Shown in pieces: positions 47,218-59,953 of a DNA stretch of 64,000 bases (its first letter is position 1; each line of letters starts with the position of its first letter). The stretch covers positions 1-64,000 of the forward strand of contig NKIB01012145.1 of the NCBI GenBank assembly GCA_002256025.1, in the 5' to 3' direction. The DNA is from Asterionella formosa (lineage: Eukaryota). Under the pieces are notes generated by a model. That model was given only the letters and a program-made list of their open reading frames with translations, did not search any database and had not been told where the DNA came from. A program made the position numbers and the translations under genes.

Positions 47218-50200
47218 CTATTCCTCGTCGTCGTCATCATCAACAATTCGTTTCCTTCGAGGCTGAACTCTGCGCCCCTTTCGTGCACTTTTTGGTGCCG
47301 TTCTCGGGAGCTCATTTTCTTTCTCGGCTGCGACACTGTCATCCGATCCAACTGAAAAGTCATCTTCTTTCAGGATGACTTCCTTCTTCTTTCTTGATGC
47401 TTCTCGCCTCGATGCCTGCGCTTTGGCTTTCGCTGCCTTCTCATCGGCAAGATGGTTTTCGCCGCCTACCTTGGCAAATTCTTCCAGCTTTGATTCCCAG
47501 TCTTCAAGGCACTCCTTCATCTCAGGTTTTGCGAATTTCTTCGCTTTTGACAAGATAGAAAAGAAGCTCTTTTTCACGTCATCGTCAAAGAGAGCGTCCT
47601 TGAAGAGCTTAAAGTTATCACTGAGGCACTTGATCGACTTTTCGTTGATTTTCAATTGAGAAATGCAAAACGCAAGATTTCCTTTCTCGGTGATAGATCT
47701 GCACTTGGGGAAGCGCAAACAGAGCTTCTCGACGAGCATTTCGTTTTGACGTTCTTTCTTGATGAAGCCCAACAGGAAGGTCATAATACTGCGAAAATTT
47801 TCCTTGTCCAAAGACTGCTGGCTGAGCTGACTTATTATGTCTGGTAATAAGTTATAGATTGGATTGTTGCTGCGTTTACTTAATTCATGAAAGAGAAGTC
47901 GCGACATATCCCGGATTCGCGGATCTTCGTCTCGTAAGCACATGGCGATCTCACAGACTTGACCTTTGACCTTGATCATGTCATTGAGAATCAGGTGCGT
48001 CAAAACCATCAAAGTGTGACGACGTACTGGAGTTGACTGGTCACGGAGGCAAGCATAAAGTCTTGGGGTATATGGTTCCACTTCGTTTGGAAAACGGAAA
48101 GCGTGGTCACCGAGAGCAATTACACTGTTGGCTCGAAGAGTAGTGTCTTGATGTGGAGCATCTGCAAGAGCAGTGAAAAGTAATGGTAGATTCTCCTCAC
48201 AAAATGAACTCGAGATACACATAAATTTACAAAGTGCTAGCGTTGCACTTTGCTTAAGAATCTCAGACCTAAACTTGCCTCCCTCGTTTCCAACTACTCG
48301 AAACAAGATTGGACTGAATTTGCTGATCAATCCACGTCCAAGGATTTCCTTGTCGGATATGTCAGCGAATCTTCTCTCGTTTTCCGCTTCTTGTTCTGCT
48401 GCTACTCCAAGCTCGGCTTCGATAGCGTCGTCGCTGTCATCTCTGTGGTGTGTCTGAGCCTTCGCTTGATCCGCACTCTCTTGTTTCTTCAGTGCTTTTT
48501 TCCCGTTAGCGCGACGCACAGATCCGCTTATAGCTTCGGAGTATACAAGTAGTTTCAATGCAATATGACCAAGCACAAAGAAGAATCGTGCCAGACGCAC
48601 AGAGTGGCAAGCAGTGTGATCATTTTCTTCACCAAACGTAGTGAAAGCCATGCTCTTAATAATTTCGGCGCACTCTATTTCCGGTTCAGGACAGATCACG
48701 AAGAGAGCTGCGATCGCTTGCTCTGAAGCAGAGAACCAAGATAGAGTATCGTTTATTTTCTCGTCAATACACCAATCTCCTCGGATGACTATGCACAGTC
48801 GCTCGGATATCTGCTCCAGTATAATGTACTTTGCACAGTTCGGGTCCTCGGGAATTTTTGCAAGACGTTGGAGAGCGCAAGAGGCAGATCTTGCTGTCCT
48901 CCAATCTCTGTTTTCCTCGGTGTAGTCGCCAAGTCCAGCTTCCAATAGAAGGCGCAAACGACTTGCACTGTCGACAATGCTTTGATCGGCGCTAGCAGCC
49001 ATCGACAAAACAAGCATAGCAGCAGCTCTAGCGTCGCCTTGCGCTTTCGATGCGACTGACCACAGAATAAGGAATACATTTGCAGGAATATGCTCCTCCC
49101 GAACAAGACGACCCAAAGCTTCTTCAATGGATGCAAGTTCGCTGACGGTTGCGCGACCAGCGAGCACGAGAAGGTTGTGCGCTATCTGGTTGTCGGGGAG
49201 AAGTTCCTTTCCGTCAGTGCCAGGCACCGCAATGAAGACGTCGACAAATGCCTTCAAAACTTCGTCGCGAACATTATTTTCTGTCGACCACATCAAAGAT
49301 AGTGCTTGCTTCATTCCAGTGATGGCGCATGGTAATTTGAAATGACGAGCTTTAACAAAGAAGCGTAATGCTTCGGTGACATCGCTTGTGTTGGCAGATA
49401 GTAACATTCCTTGGAAGGCATCATTTGCATTCTCAAAGACTTCAATGAAATCAATCGCCGACTGAGAAAACTTGAAAGCTTGTGCATACAGTCGAAATTC
49501 AACTTCTGCTTCGGAGAGGTTGTCAGCGTCGTTCATTAGCTCGGCTTCATTGATGGCAGCAGCCAATGCAGCCCGTTCAAGTTGTGCAATGGTTTCTGAA
49601 TCATCTGCGTTTTCGATTTCTTGTAAGGCAGCATGGTGAGCTTCCTTTATGCTTTCTGGCATCGTCCGCTTGAGATTTTCGTAGATAGATGCTATTTTCT
49701 TTCTATACGGAGAAGGATCAAGGGAACCAAGGAATGGATTATTTTCAAGCAAGCAGGTTAGCAGCTGAGAAAAATGTCATAAATGTGAGTGGGTAAAACG
49801 AGACATTGGAACTGCTATTCATTGTGGAGGGTAAAACATACCTGCATGGAGCATCGCCTTGTCATAACTGTCTTGTCGTTGAGACGGTCAATCGCCAATG
49901 CAGTCACTGGCATTATTCTTTCCAGCGGTAATGATCCAGACTCGACGATACTGATCCAGGATTTCAAGACGGCAGCGCGAGTGAAGGAACTGGTGTCATG
50001 GGATCTTTCCAAGAGAATTTCAAGCAAGGCATTTCTGGACTTTGTGAGATTCAAGCTACTGGGACAGTCTGCAGTTGCTTCATTTGTGTTGTTTTCTTTG
50101 CTATTTTGTAGTTTTCCAATATGGACGAGAATGTGTCCAATGGCACAAACAATGGCAGATCTCAACTGGTATGGTTCGGAATTTAAGTGAGGTAGGAGCA

Positions 50201-51321
50201 ATGAAATGTTGGAAAGGACAAGTCTTGGCCGAATCATGGCTATTTGACCAATTAAAGGTGCAACGTACTTGACTCCGCTAGCACGTCCGTCCGAGGAGCC
50301 TCCATTGGGGTCAAGACGACCAATCTCTCTCAAAAGCTCAAGAGCGAGCTTATTTGTGTGATTTTCTGAAACCAAACCACACAAGTCTGCCACTAATGGA
50401 GCCATATGTTCGTAGGAGTGCAGTAAATCAACAAGAGCAGCAACAATTGTACCAATGAGACTGTCGGACGAGTCGACAGCGGCGGCAAGCATGCCAAGGG
50501 CAGCATCAGCAGACGATGCTTTCCTCGCGACGACACCAGTTGCAGTCTCTAACATTTGGTATGCAATCCTGCATGGGAGAATAGCGACGGATTCGTCTGG
50601 AACACCACACTTCCACAGCTTGGATCGGTGCTTGGACATGGATGTGGCTGCTGCTAGCATTGCGTCGGCACAGACGGCTCGCAACGCGGCATTCTCGTCT
50701 ATTTCTGCCTTGTTTTCTGATCGCTTCCCGCTCGCCATTTTTGTGCTTATCTTGGCCTCCGATTCCGCGAAGTTCATAACTGAGAAGAGCATATACATGT
50801 GACACGCGAGGGCGTCTCGGAATGCTTGTGGGAGAACTTGTTGCTGCGATGATAATTCCTCGTCGTCCTCTCGAGTCGTGACACTGGCTGTAGATAGAAT
50901 GACCGAGAGCGCTTGAACAGCTTTGGATAGCGCAACCGCGAGCCTCGTCCTGGTGGAAGGAGCTAGTGACGATGATTTTCTGAAATGGAAACAATCGGTA
51001 GTTAGGAAGCACATCGCGCGAAGAACTAATGGCATTGACTCCGAAGTAAACTTACCTAACCAATGTATACATTGCTTGAATGCGTTCATAGTCATTCCAC
51101 GGATCCTCTCCTTCTTCTGTCTGAAAGAGGGCAAGAGTACTATTCACAAGGACGCGGTTTCCTCCCTCAACAGTGTCGACCAGGGAATCGAAAGAATCGG
51201 CGCGAGCGCCTTCGTCATCGTCGGCGAAATTCTCAGGATAGGGGAGGAGATTATATGGGGCACGCTCAAGATCCTGCAGAGATGCAGGGATCGGAAAAGT
51301 TACACATCCGTCCACCATCAT
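47218..51321 (-). CDS. NCAPD2: Condensin I HEAT subunit CAP-D2/Cnd1; 3 exons
   Basis: Cnd1 motifs 'ALCKFMCISSSFCEENLPLLFT', 'RFPNEVEPYT', 'HLILNDMIKVKGQ' and 'NPIYNLLPDIISQL'. Introns 50980-51055 and 49765-49841 join three ORFs in frame. Confidence 0.92.
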
Positions 51322-52054
51322 GGTCGATGATCCTGTGATCGAAGTGAGGACGAGAAGGAAATTTGGCAGTTGGAGAATTTGATGTTGAAGGAAATAATCA
51401 AGACGGAAGTCGTGCTTTCATCTACACTGTGCCTGCATCAAACTGTATTCCGGTATGTATACATTAATAATTTGTATTACACATTTTACCGGTATTTTAG
51501 ATTTGCTCCCATTTTGAATTTGTCATTTTGTCCGTTTGTTCAGTACCCTGGTACTGGCTGCGCGACACCATACTCAGCGCACCACCTGAAGGGGCATGAT
51601 GTAACTCGAGGGAGTAGCATACCGGTATGTAATACCGGTACTCCAGAGTACCGGTAGCTAACAGTAGCACAACTTTGACAATGAAGGAGAACCACACTGC
51701 AGGTCAACCTAGCGTGATAATCAGACAAGGAATCACAGGAAAAGGGAGGAAGAAAGGACAGCCAGCTGCCGGTAGTAACGGACTAGAAGAATGTCATTTT
51801 GTCATTGTCATGGGCCAAAACATATGACAAGTACCTTTGCAAGTTGGTTTCAATGGGAAATTTAGCTTTTTTTAATATACAGTTTGGTAACAAGAATCGT
51901 CTTTTAATTCAACTGCCCTGGTGTCATTAGGAGCTGCCCACAGCCATCTCACAAACACCATTGAACATACCGGTGCCGGTAAACCGGTACGCCAAACAGG
52001 AAAGGAAGAAGGGTCAAGGATCACCATTATCATTACCCAGCGCATATATCTATC

Positions 52055-53307
52055 ATGGAGCGCGACGTTGGTGGCAGTCTTCTCGATGGAGTGATTCCAA
52101 TCATGTGGAAGCTGGGAACGGTCGTTATTGGAATACTGTCTGTTGGTATCGGCCTCCTCTACGCGAAACAAGACAGTCTCTTATACTTCCCAGAAATCGG
52201 AGGCATACCTCGACGCCCAGGAAAGAATCCTAGACGGTACCGATCACCAGAGGAATACCACGTGCCTTTTGAGACTCATTTCATTCGATGTGACGATGGC
52301 GTTACCATTCACAGCTGGCTCATCATTCAGAAAGATGCTAAAATACGACGCGCACCCACTCTTGTGTTTTTCCATGGCAATGCAGGGTAAGAATTACATC
52401 CGGCGCAATAATTGACAGCTTGCGTGCTAATAGCACCATACTAATGCCCTTTCTCGCTTGCCGACTTCGCAGGAACATTGGCTTGCGACTGCCGAATGCC
52501 GTGCAAATGTTCAACCAACTCAAAGCCAATGTTCTTCTCGTGGAATATAGGGGCTACGGAGACTCTGATGATGCCACTCCCTCCGAAAAGGGAATCAAAC
52601 TTGACGCGGAAGCAGCACTTCAGTTCATTTCCAAATATAATCTAGTTGATTCAGAAAGAATCTTCCTCTTTGGTCGATCTTTAGGGGGCGCCGCCGCTTT
52701 CCACCTGGCACAATTCGCTGAACAAAAATCAATCCCACTCGCCGGTATCATTGTGGAGAACACCTTTTTGAGTATATCCCGCATGGTAGACCATCTCATG
52801 CCCATAGTGGCACCATTTAAATCGCTCGTTTTGCGCATTGGCTGGAACTCATTCGAGATTGCCCCAACTCTAAAAACACCCATCTTGTACCTCGCAGGTG
52901 CTGCCGATCAACTGGTACCACACTCGCACATGCTGGAGCTGTACAAGTCAAGTGGAAAATCAAGCAGGTGCGCTCGCATACACGTTGTTAAGGATGGAAC
53001 ACACAATGAAACATGGGTGCAGGGAGGACGAGAATACTGGCAAGCCATGAAGAATTTTATGAATGAAGTCTTTGCGTCGGAAGCAGGAGAATCCTTTCGA
53101 TCCATGACGAGTCTTGAGGATGTTTCCCTGGAACCACAGTCATCCAAGGGTGTCGCAATCGGGGTTGGCTCCGATGTATCGACACAGGCAAGTTCAATTC
53201 CTATTATGCCCAGTAGTATTATTGGAATAGCACGCGAGGCGACCAGTTCTGTCCTATCAACTCAAAAAGTCAATGGTGAATCGAATGGGAACAAGAAGAA
53301 GCTGTAG
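52055..53307 (+). CDS. ABHD13: Alpha/beta hydrolase ABHD13/BEM46-like; 2 exons
   Basis: 'QDSLLYFP'; intron 52387-52472 restores 'FFHGNAGNIG'; also 'EYRGYG', nucleophile motif 'GRSLGGA', 'IVENTF' and 'GTHNETW'. Confidence 0.88.
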
Positions 53308-53397
53308 AATGCAAATATGGAGGGGGCAGTCAAAGTACAGCAAGACTAGTCTACTTTGTCGAGTTTAAAAATAGTATATCATATCCAACAAACATGG

Positions 53398-54590
53398 CTA
53401 TTCCTTCTTAGTGGCCGCAAACATTCCATATTGCATCAATCCCCTATCGAACGCCCGATGCATTCGTTCCAAACAATAGGCATCACGAACACACTTGAGA
53501 TATTTTGTAGGCTTAAAGATGAACCCACGGGGGTCGAAGATACCGACCCATATCGAATGACGCCAGGAGGCGATTGTTTCTTTTACCCAGTCAGCAGTGA
53601 TGGCCTCATTCATAACGCCAGTCTCGGCGATGAGCTCTTTGTATGCCTCTATCGAAATAAAATATGGGTGTGTCCTTCGGTCGTTCAAATTCAAAAACAT
53701 GCGAGTCAATGGCACAGTTTGGGAGAGCACATATTTCATGAGAAATCGCAGCATATTTTCACTTACCATTCTTCGTAGAGGAACCTCAAATCTCTCTCAT
53801 CTTTTGCATCAAAAGGCACTACTCGGTCATCTCGTTGGCACCAAGTTGCCATGACATATTTCCCACCCGGTTTCAGCACACGCATCATCTCGTTAATGTA
53901 GGCCTTCTTATCGGGCATATGCTCTCCGGATTCACAAGCCCAGACTACATCAAACGAGTTGTCAGGGAAATCCATTGCCAAGGCATTCATGACTTTAAAG
54001 TTGACATTTGGAACTCCTTGCTCTCTGGCAAGTTCAGTTGCTCGCTTCACTTGGTTAGGACTTAGGGTGATTCCTGTCACTTCTGCTCCCGGACCAAATT
54101 TTTTCGCCAAATAACGAGACGTGCCTCCAACACCGCATCCGACATCCAAAACCTTCGCTTGGCTGTCGGTTTCAGCGCTGATACCTCCAAATTTCATCAT
54201 CTCATCGACAAAATCATACTTTGCTTGAATAAAATCTTTGTTTTTATATCCAGCCTCCATTTCTTCCTTAGTGTAGTAACCAAGGTGGATGTGTTCACCC
54301 CAGTAGTACTCAAGAATACCGTCTCGGGTCCAAGCGTCGTATTCTCGCGCAACCGACCCTTCTTCGTATCTTCGCGACGGTCTGTCCAGGATAAATTTGA
54401 TCCCAGCTGTTCCAAGGATAGCAGCCGATGCAATAGCAGCAGTAGCAGGCCCGCCAAGCTTTGACACAACTTTGTTCGCACTCCCGATCACTCCCATTTG
54501 GACATTTGATTGCTTCTTCGGGGTTGACGGTGCAAAGGCTGAGACTGCCGAAACAGCGAGCAACGCCAATAAAATCGTTCGTCGAAACAT
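53398..54590 (-). CDS. Plastid-targeted MPBQ/MSBQ (cyanobacterial-type) / gamma-tocopherol-like methyltransferase; 2 exons
   Basis: Signal peptide + 'AVSAFAP'. Motifs 'YDAWTRDGILEYYWGEHIHLGYY', 'VLDVGCGVGGTSR' and 'WACESGEHMPDK'. Intron 53675-53766 gives 'EEWTHPYFISI'. Confidence 0.88.
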
Positions 54591-54996
54591 CTTTGAAATT
54601 TTTGAGACTAACTGCGGCACCGTCAACTTTTAGAACAGCTGACAGTTTAGAGCTAAACAGAGTTTAGTATTAGCTAGTAATAAGCAATGTGAGAGTGAGC
54701 AATGAGTCAATCGCTTTGGATTCGTCCAGCAAATACCTAAAATATGCCTGATACGCAACACTGCTGGCCATCATAGCCGAGAGGAACACATCATCACATC
54801 CACTCAACTTTTCACCATCGTCACAGGTTCACAAAACACCCGGAGGAAAAGGATGTCCGTCAGCCAATTCCGTATGAAGTTGGTAGATGCTAAAAATCTG
54901 TATGTAGCTCTAACGAAGTAAAAGTTGCTAGAAAAATGCTTCTACTGGTACACAATTGGTTTGTTCACTGGTGATTACTTTGGAATTTTTATAAAA

Positions 54997-55800
54997 GAGT
55001 GAGCTTCATATAAATGTAGATTTGGATGTACAATTTTGAAACTTCCAAGCTTGTGCATGTTTCAAAATAGAGGGGATCTTTGCAGGTAAAGTTCATTTGT
55101 GTTCCCAACTTGAATTGAGAATAAACTACATCCTTTTCCTAAATACACATATGTCTCATCTTGACCTATCTTAACTTAGGCCAGATGCTGTTTGATCAAA
55201 GGCTGCTTACAGAATGATCCAGTTAATCATAACTAGATCATATCTAGTTTGCATCTTTCATGATGTTCCTTGATTTTATGGACATATCTGTTGCTAATTG
55301 TCTAGTCAATCATTTATTGATTTGGCCTCTGGGTCTGATCACCTTCTAGAGGGAACAAGGTTAGAGAGAATTTTTCCTGAAAGTTCCTCTCTTCATGTTT
55401 CTACAATGTGTTTGTTTTACTTTTTTGTTTCCTACTTTTTATGCTCTCATGAATGAGTGAGCTTCATGTAAATGTAAAATTGGAATTAGTTTTGAAACAT
55501 TCAAGCTGTTTTAAGATAGTCTTGCTCTTTGGTGATGAGCAGGTTCATTTGTGTTCCCAAATTGAACTGAGTCTAAACCAGCCATAAAATCCTTCTAATT
55601 TTACATTTACCTTGGCTCACCTTGACCTTGTTTCTCAGTATTAGCTCCAGATACTTTTTGATTGAAGATTCCTTGCAGAACAATCCTGTTATTCAAAAAA
55701 GATCATAAGCGTTCTGACTGTTTCTTGATTTGTTGGACATATCTGCAATTGTTAATTGTCATGTCAATGATCATTTGTTGATCTGGCCTCCGAGTCTGAT
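54997..55800. repeat. Two diverged direct copies of a ~340-bp sequence (period ~458 bp)
   Basis: 54997-55339 and 55455-55800 share collinear blocks: gagtgagcttcat, gttcatttgtgttcccaa, ggacatatctg, and tggcctc..gtctgat. Confidence 0.8.
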
Positions 55801-56156
55801 ATAGAATCAGGAATGTTGATGCGTTCGAACTCAGGTTCCAGTAGACTACTTGGACAAATGACAATACCGTAAGTAGTAACAATGCGGTAAACATCTGTCA
55901 GAATGTGTCTGTTAGGTTGTTGATGTCAACAGGTGTCCGAAGACTAGATGTACAGGTAGTCTGAGAACTGTCTATCCGGTAAATGAAAATACCGGAATAG
56001 ACGACAGTTATTTACCGGTATATATGTAGGAGAATAAGAGTCGTAAGAGCGGCCCGAGAAAGATCTTGTTCCAGGGCATTACTGGATGCGCTAGGAAGAA
56101 GAGCCATCAATTGTATATTACAACAGAAGATGGAAGCCTCATGGTAACCATAACAT

Positions 56157-57170
56157 ATGTCTATACTCTGGATTGGCGGCTCGTCGGGTTTGGCTCGAAC
56201 GTATTTGAACTACTACGATCATACCGACTTCATTTTGACTGGCGTCGAAGCGCTTCCGCCAGCCTGGGCCCATGATACTCCCTACCGCTGCATTGACTTG
56301 AGGGCCCACAACCTTATCAAGGGTTGTTTGAAAGAATTTTTCAATATCAGCACCATTATCGTAGGTGTTCGAGCGCCATTAGTGACTGGAAATGGCCGTC
56401 ATGAAGACTTATTGGATGGTTTGCAACTCCTTTTAGGGGAAGCGATGCAGCTGCCGAATCTACAGCGCATACTCCATATAAGTTCTGTCGCTGCTGCCAA
56501 CCACCTGCAAGCACAGGTCAATATGAAGGAGACCGAACCTATTCCTCCGTTATCCTCCTATGAGGGATCTTATGATATTTTCAAACGAAGGTCCGAAGAT
56601 ATTATCACCGCTCTCTGTACTGCACACAACAAGGCCTTTTGCCACCTTCGTATCTCGGCCATCTTCAGCGACTCTCACGATTGCATCCAATGTGGTGCAC
56701 TTGCATTACAAAGCGTGGCGGGAGCATACATTCCCACCAAAATAGATTGCAACTCGGCCAAAAATGTGGCGGCTGCCATTTCCATCATGCTCCATCATCG
56801 ATTCGGTGGGCAGCCTGTATATTACTACACTCGACCGACCCATGATGCCGTGCCCTATGGAGACTATCTTTTGGCATATCGACATGCTTACGAAGTTTAT
56901 TTTACTGTGTGGATTCCATTTCCTGTTGTGGTTTGGTTCGTATGGCTGGTGCATGTACTGGTTGTACATGTGCTGGGACAGCTCTCAGCAACGGCCATGT
57001 CCATAAATTACTTGCTCCAAGTGTCAGCTGTTGAGCACTCTTTCAATAATGATTTATTTCGAGCAGATTTTCCTCAAATCGTTGAGACACAAGAGAGTAT
57101 TTATGAATGCTTTCGAAGGCGACGAGCACTCATGACAGGAAAATCGATTGCAGAGGTCAGAAGTGATTGA
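56157..57170 (+). CDS. NAD-dependent epimerase/dehydratase (extended SDR, 3-beta-HSD-like)
   Basis: Rossmann motif 'ILWIGGSSGLA', 'LHISSVAA', YxxxK motif 'YDIFKR' and 'LRISAIF'. Confidence 0.75.
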   Translation: MSILWIGGSSGLARTYLNYYDHTDFILTGVEALPPAWAHDTPYRCIDLRAHNLIKGCLKEFFNISTIIVGVRAPLVTGNGRHEDLLDGLQLLLGEAMQLPNLQRILHISSVAAANHLQAQVNMKETEPIPPLSSYEGSYDIFKRRSEDIITALCTAHNKAFCHLRISAIFSDSHDCIQCGALALQSVAGAYIPTKIDCNSAKNVAAAISIMLHHRFGGQPVYYYTRPTHDAVPYGDYLLAYRHAYEVYFTVWIPFPVVVWFVWLVHVLVVHVLGQLSATAMSINYLLQVSAVEHSFNNDLFRADFPQIVETQESIYECFRRRRALMTGKSIAEVRSD

Positions 57171-57949
57171 CATTATTATACCTAGTCCTGGTGCTACGGG
57201 GCTTATAGAAGTGATCGAAAAGATTTTGGGTTGAGAATGAAAGAATTGGCTTTGATCGCTGCAAATGGATAGGAATGGGGTTGTTTGAACAAAGAATCAA
57301 TGCATCAAGAGGAACAGGGTCTAGCCCTAGTCTTGGGACAGGGAATCATAATCCATGTCACAACCTACATGGCAACATCACTTAATTCACCATGTTATAT
57401 TCACTCCATCACTTTCAAGTTCATTCTTTTAATATGAAACTACAACACTACAGCTGATTGATGAAAAATTTCAGTTTACTGGTGGTTGACTTTAAACTCT
57501 CATTTGCCATGCAATATCAAGTCAAATACAACGGTATGCGACAGGAAAACATAAAAAGAATTGTTGGCCAAGTTCTGAGGTATCAGCTTAAGTAATTAGC
57601 TGGGTTTTGTCTGTACCCCATATACATATTAGAAAGCTTTCTACTCTTCCCATGGGTGGGTAGATCCTTTATGTAGATTCTTATGTGCTAGTAGTACTCC
57701 AAAGTACCACTTTCGTTTCTCTGCTAGCCTTCCTGCTTGATAAAGTAATTGACCTTCCTGTCAATTAATTCTAAAAATACAAGGTAAATTGAACGTTTCC
57801 TTTCCATGCATCTTTGCTTCCCTGAAGTCATTCTAAGACTCTCGTCAAATTCCACTTAAAACGCTGAAATTTTATTTCCATAGAAATCGTCTATCTTTGA
57901 TCTCCATCGACAGCTCATTGGCGTGGCAATACATTATTTGACTTAATCC

Positions 57950-58190
57950 TCAATTAAAGTCGGTACCAAATTTTGGATCAAAATTCGTAGTATCATTTAA
58001 ATCCCAACCCTAAATCCGACAACAAATACCAATTTGGAAACTAAATGAGTTGCAAAATTAAAATTGATACCGATTTGGATCCAAATTGGTAGCAACATTT
58101 GAACCATAACCTAAATTCTACAATAAATACGAATTTGGCAATCAAATACTAAAATCGAAATTGATACCAATTTGAGTCCAAATTGGTATG
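57950..58190. repeat. ~100-bp tandem repeat (about 2.4 units) with an internal palindrome
   Basis: Units start near 57952, 58056 and 58152. Each carries variants of taccaatttggatccaaattggta; the first two also carry aaccctaa/aacctaa. Confidence 0.7.
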
Positions 58191-58425
58191 TAACATGGAT
58201 ATGTACATGTATTTAGGTTGATCATATCATACCAATTTGGCAAAACCCTAATTTGCTTAAACTGAAAGTTATTTTTTAATGTAGCTAGCTTTAATTGAAA
58301 CATGGCAACTCTGACATGTTGGTCTGAAATGAGTTGTTCTTTGTTCCTTGGAGGCAAGTTTCTTCGTTTTTTGTGCAGGCAGCCAGTTGTAGGGACCTAC
58401 ATTATATTCTCTTCCTTTTAACATA

Positions 58426-58686
58426 ATGGATAAGATGTTTTATACCCTGTTTCTAGGCAAGTCTTTCATTGTGCTGACAAGACCTGTACTTCCCTAGTTT
58501 TGCTAGCATAGGTGAGTCCCCAACCATTTTTTGCAAAAGGTGATTGTCTTAGCCTCAGTGTCAGGGGAAACTCCGACCGCCTAGGAAGGTGGCACAAGCT
58601 GCTTGTAGGGGGGGGGGGGGCAACCCACTATTTCTTGCACACCAGGCAAGACCGTGCGGGATGGTAAGGAGTGTGCGAGTCAAACC
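58426..58686 (-). mobile_element. 5'-truncated SINE, copy 2
   Basis: Collinear with 23470-23722 and truncated at the second B-box. 15-bp TSD CTTCCTTTTAACATA at 58411-58425 and 58687-58701. Confidence 0.9.
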
Positions 58687-59953
58687 CTTCCTTTTAACAT
58701 ATATTTATATCCATCTAGCCTAGATAGATTCTAGGGCATAGATGTTCCTTGACAGAACACTTCTTTCAGGTAGTTCCAATAGGATGCTTCAACTGTTCCT
58801 CAATACCTACTAGTACTAGGACATAAGTGATTTGTCTCTCCAATCACTTTTAGATGAAAGTTTAGGTGAACTTGTTTGATAAACATAGGTAAAACCTTTC
58901 AATGTTTGAGATTTACTCCTAGTAAATTCTCTTTTGTGCATAGAGTTCACCCATAAACATTTTTCTTAACAGAATGTCTATAGATTAATAGCCTCGGTAC
59001 ATCATTGTGCATTGTTCCAGTCATCCATCAAACACAATGGCACTACTAAGGAAATTGTAGTATCTTTTCCCAATTGATGAGACCTAATTGAGAATCAGGA
59101 GCAAATTAAGAATCCTTCTGTTTCAACTCCGGACAGGTCCTTTCCCTTTATTCCATACTGGATGTTATGATCGATTTCGAGAAATTCATCACCATAAAGG
59201 ACACAAAAGAACTACCTGTACACAACTAGAGTACATTATTGGGGGTACAGAAACATTCGGAACAAGCAAGTCGTTCATATTTTTCATATATGCAGTATGT
59301 ATACACTGTTCGCGATACCAGCATACTGGCATTATCAACATGTTCTGTATATAGCGGTAGACTACCTGATGGTACCACCGCTATGTTGATACAAATAGAA
59401 CATTGATGCTATATATTATGTATCATTTAGTTGTTACTATTTAATATTTTGCAACATCTCGTGATTTTCTCCTAATATGTCTACGTTTGCATATCGGTAC
59501 ACCATGACTTCGCTCCTCGCTCAATCATTTATTATTATTTCCTGACCATGTGACTCCTGTTGATGTGGGGCATTCAATTTAGATGCCGGGATAAGTACCG
59601 GATATTTGTATATTATTTATTTTAATTTGACGAAAGGTATGACGAGGGTACGTCTTGTTTAGTACTCGGAGTACCACCAGTATATATAGGGGCGAAATTA
59701 TTAAATATACAAATGAGTGTTGACTTCACTCCCTCTATGCATGATAAATGAAATACTAAAAATCGGAACATTGTCGTACACATAAGAAATAGAGGAGTCA
59801 ACTACGGTACCGGTAGTACTCTCTTTTTAGAAGAATCTACCTGTATCATAAACTCAATTCCCTGCTTCTCTTGTTTGCCTTGCTGATGTCCAGCAAAAAA
59901 ATCCCTTGCTATTGACTGCCAGATCAACTTAACCATCCCAACGCAGAAGCACC

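Noticed and set aside
57950..58190. CRISPR array
   Set aside because: Whole units are similar to one another with no unique spacers, there are no cas genes, and the context is eukaryotic.
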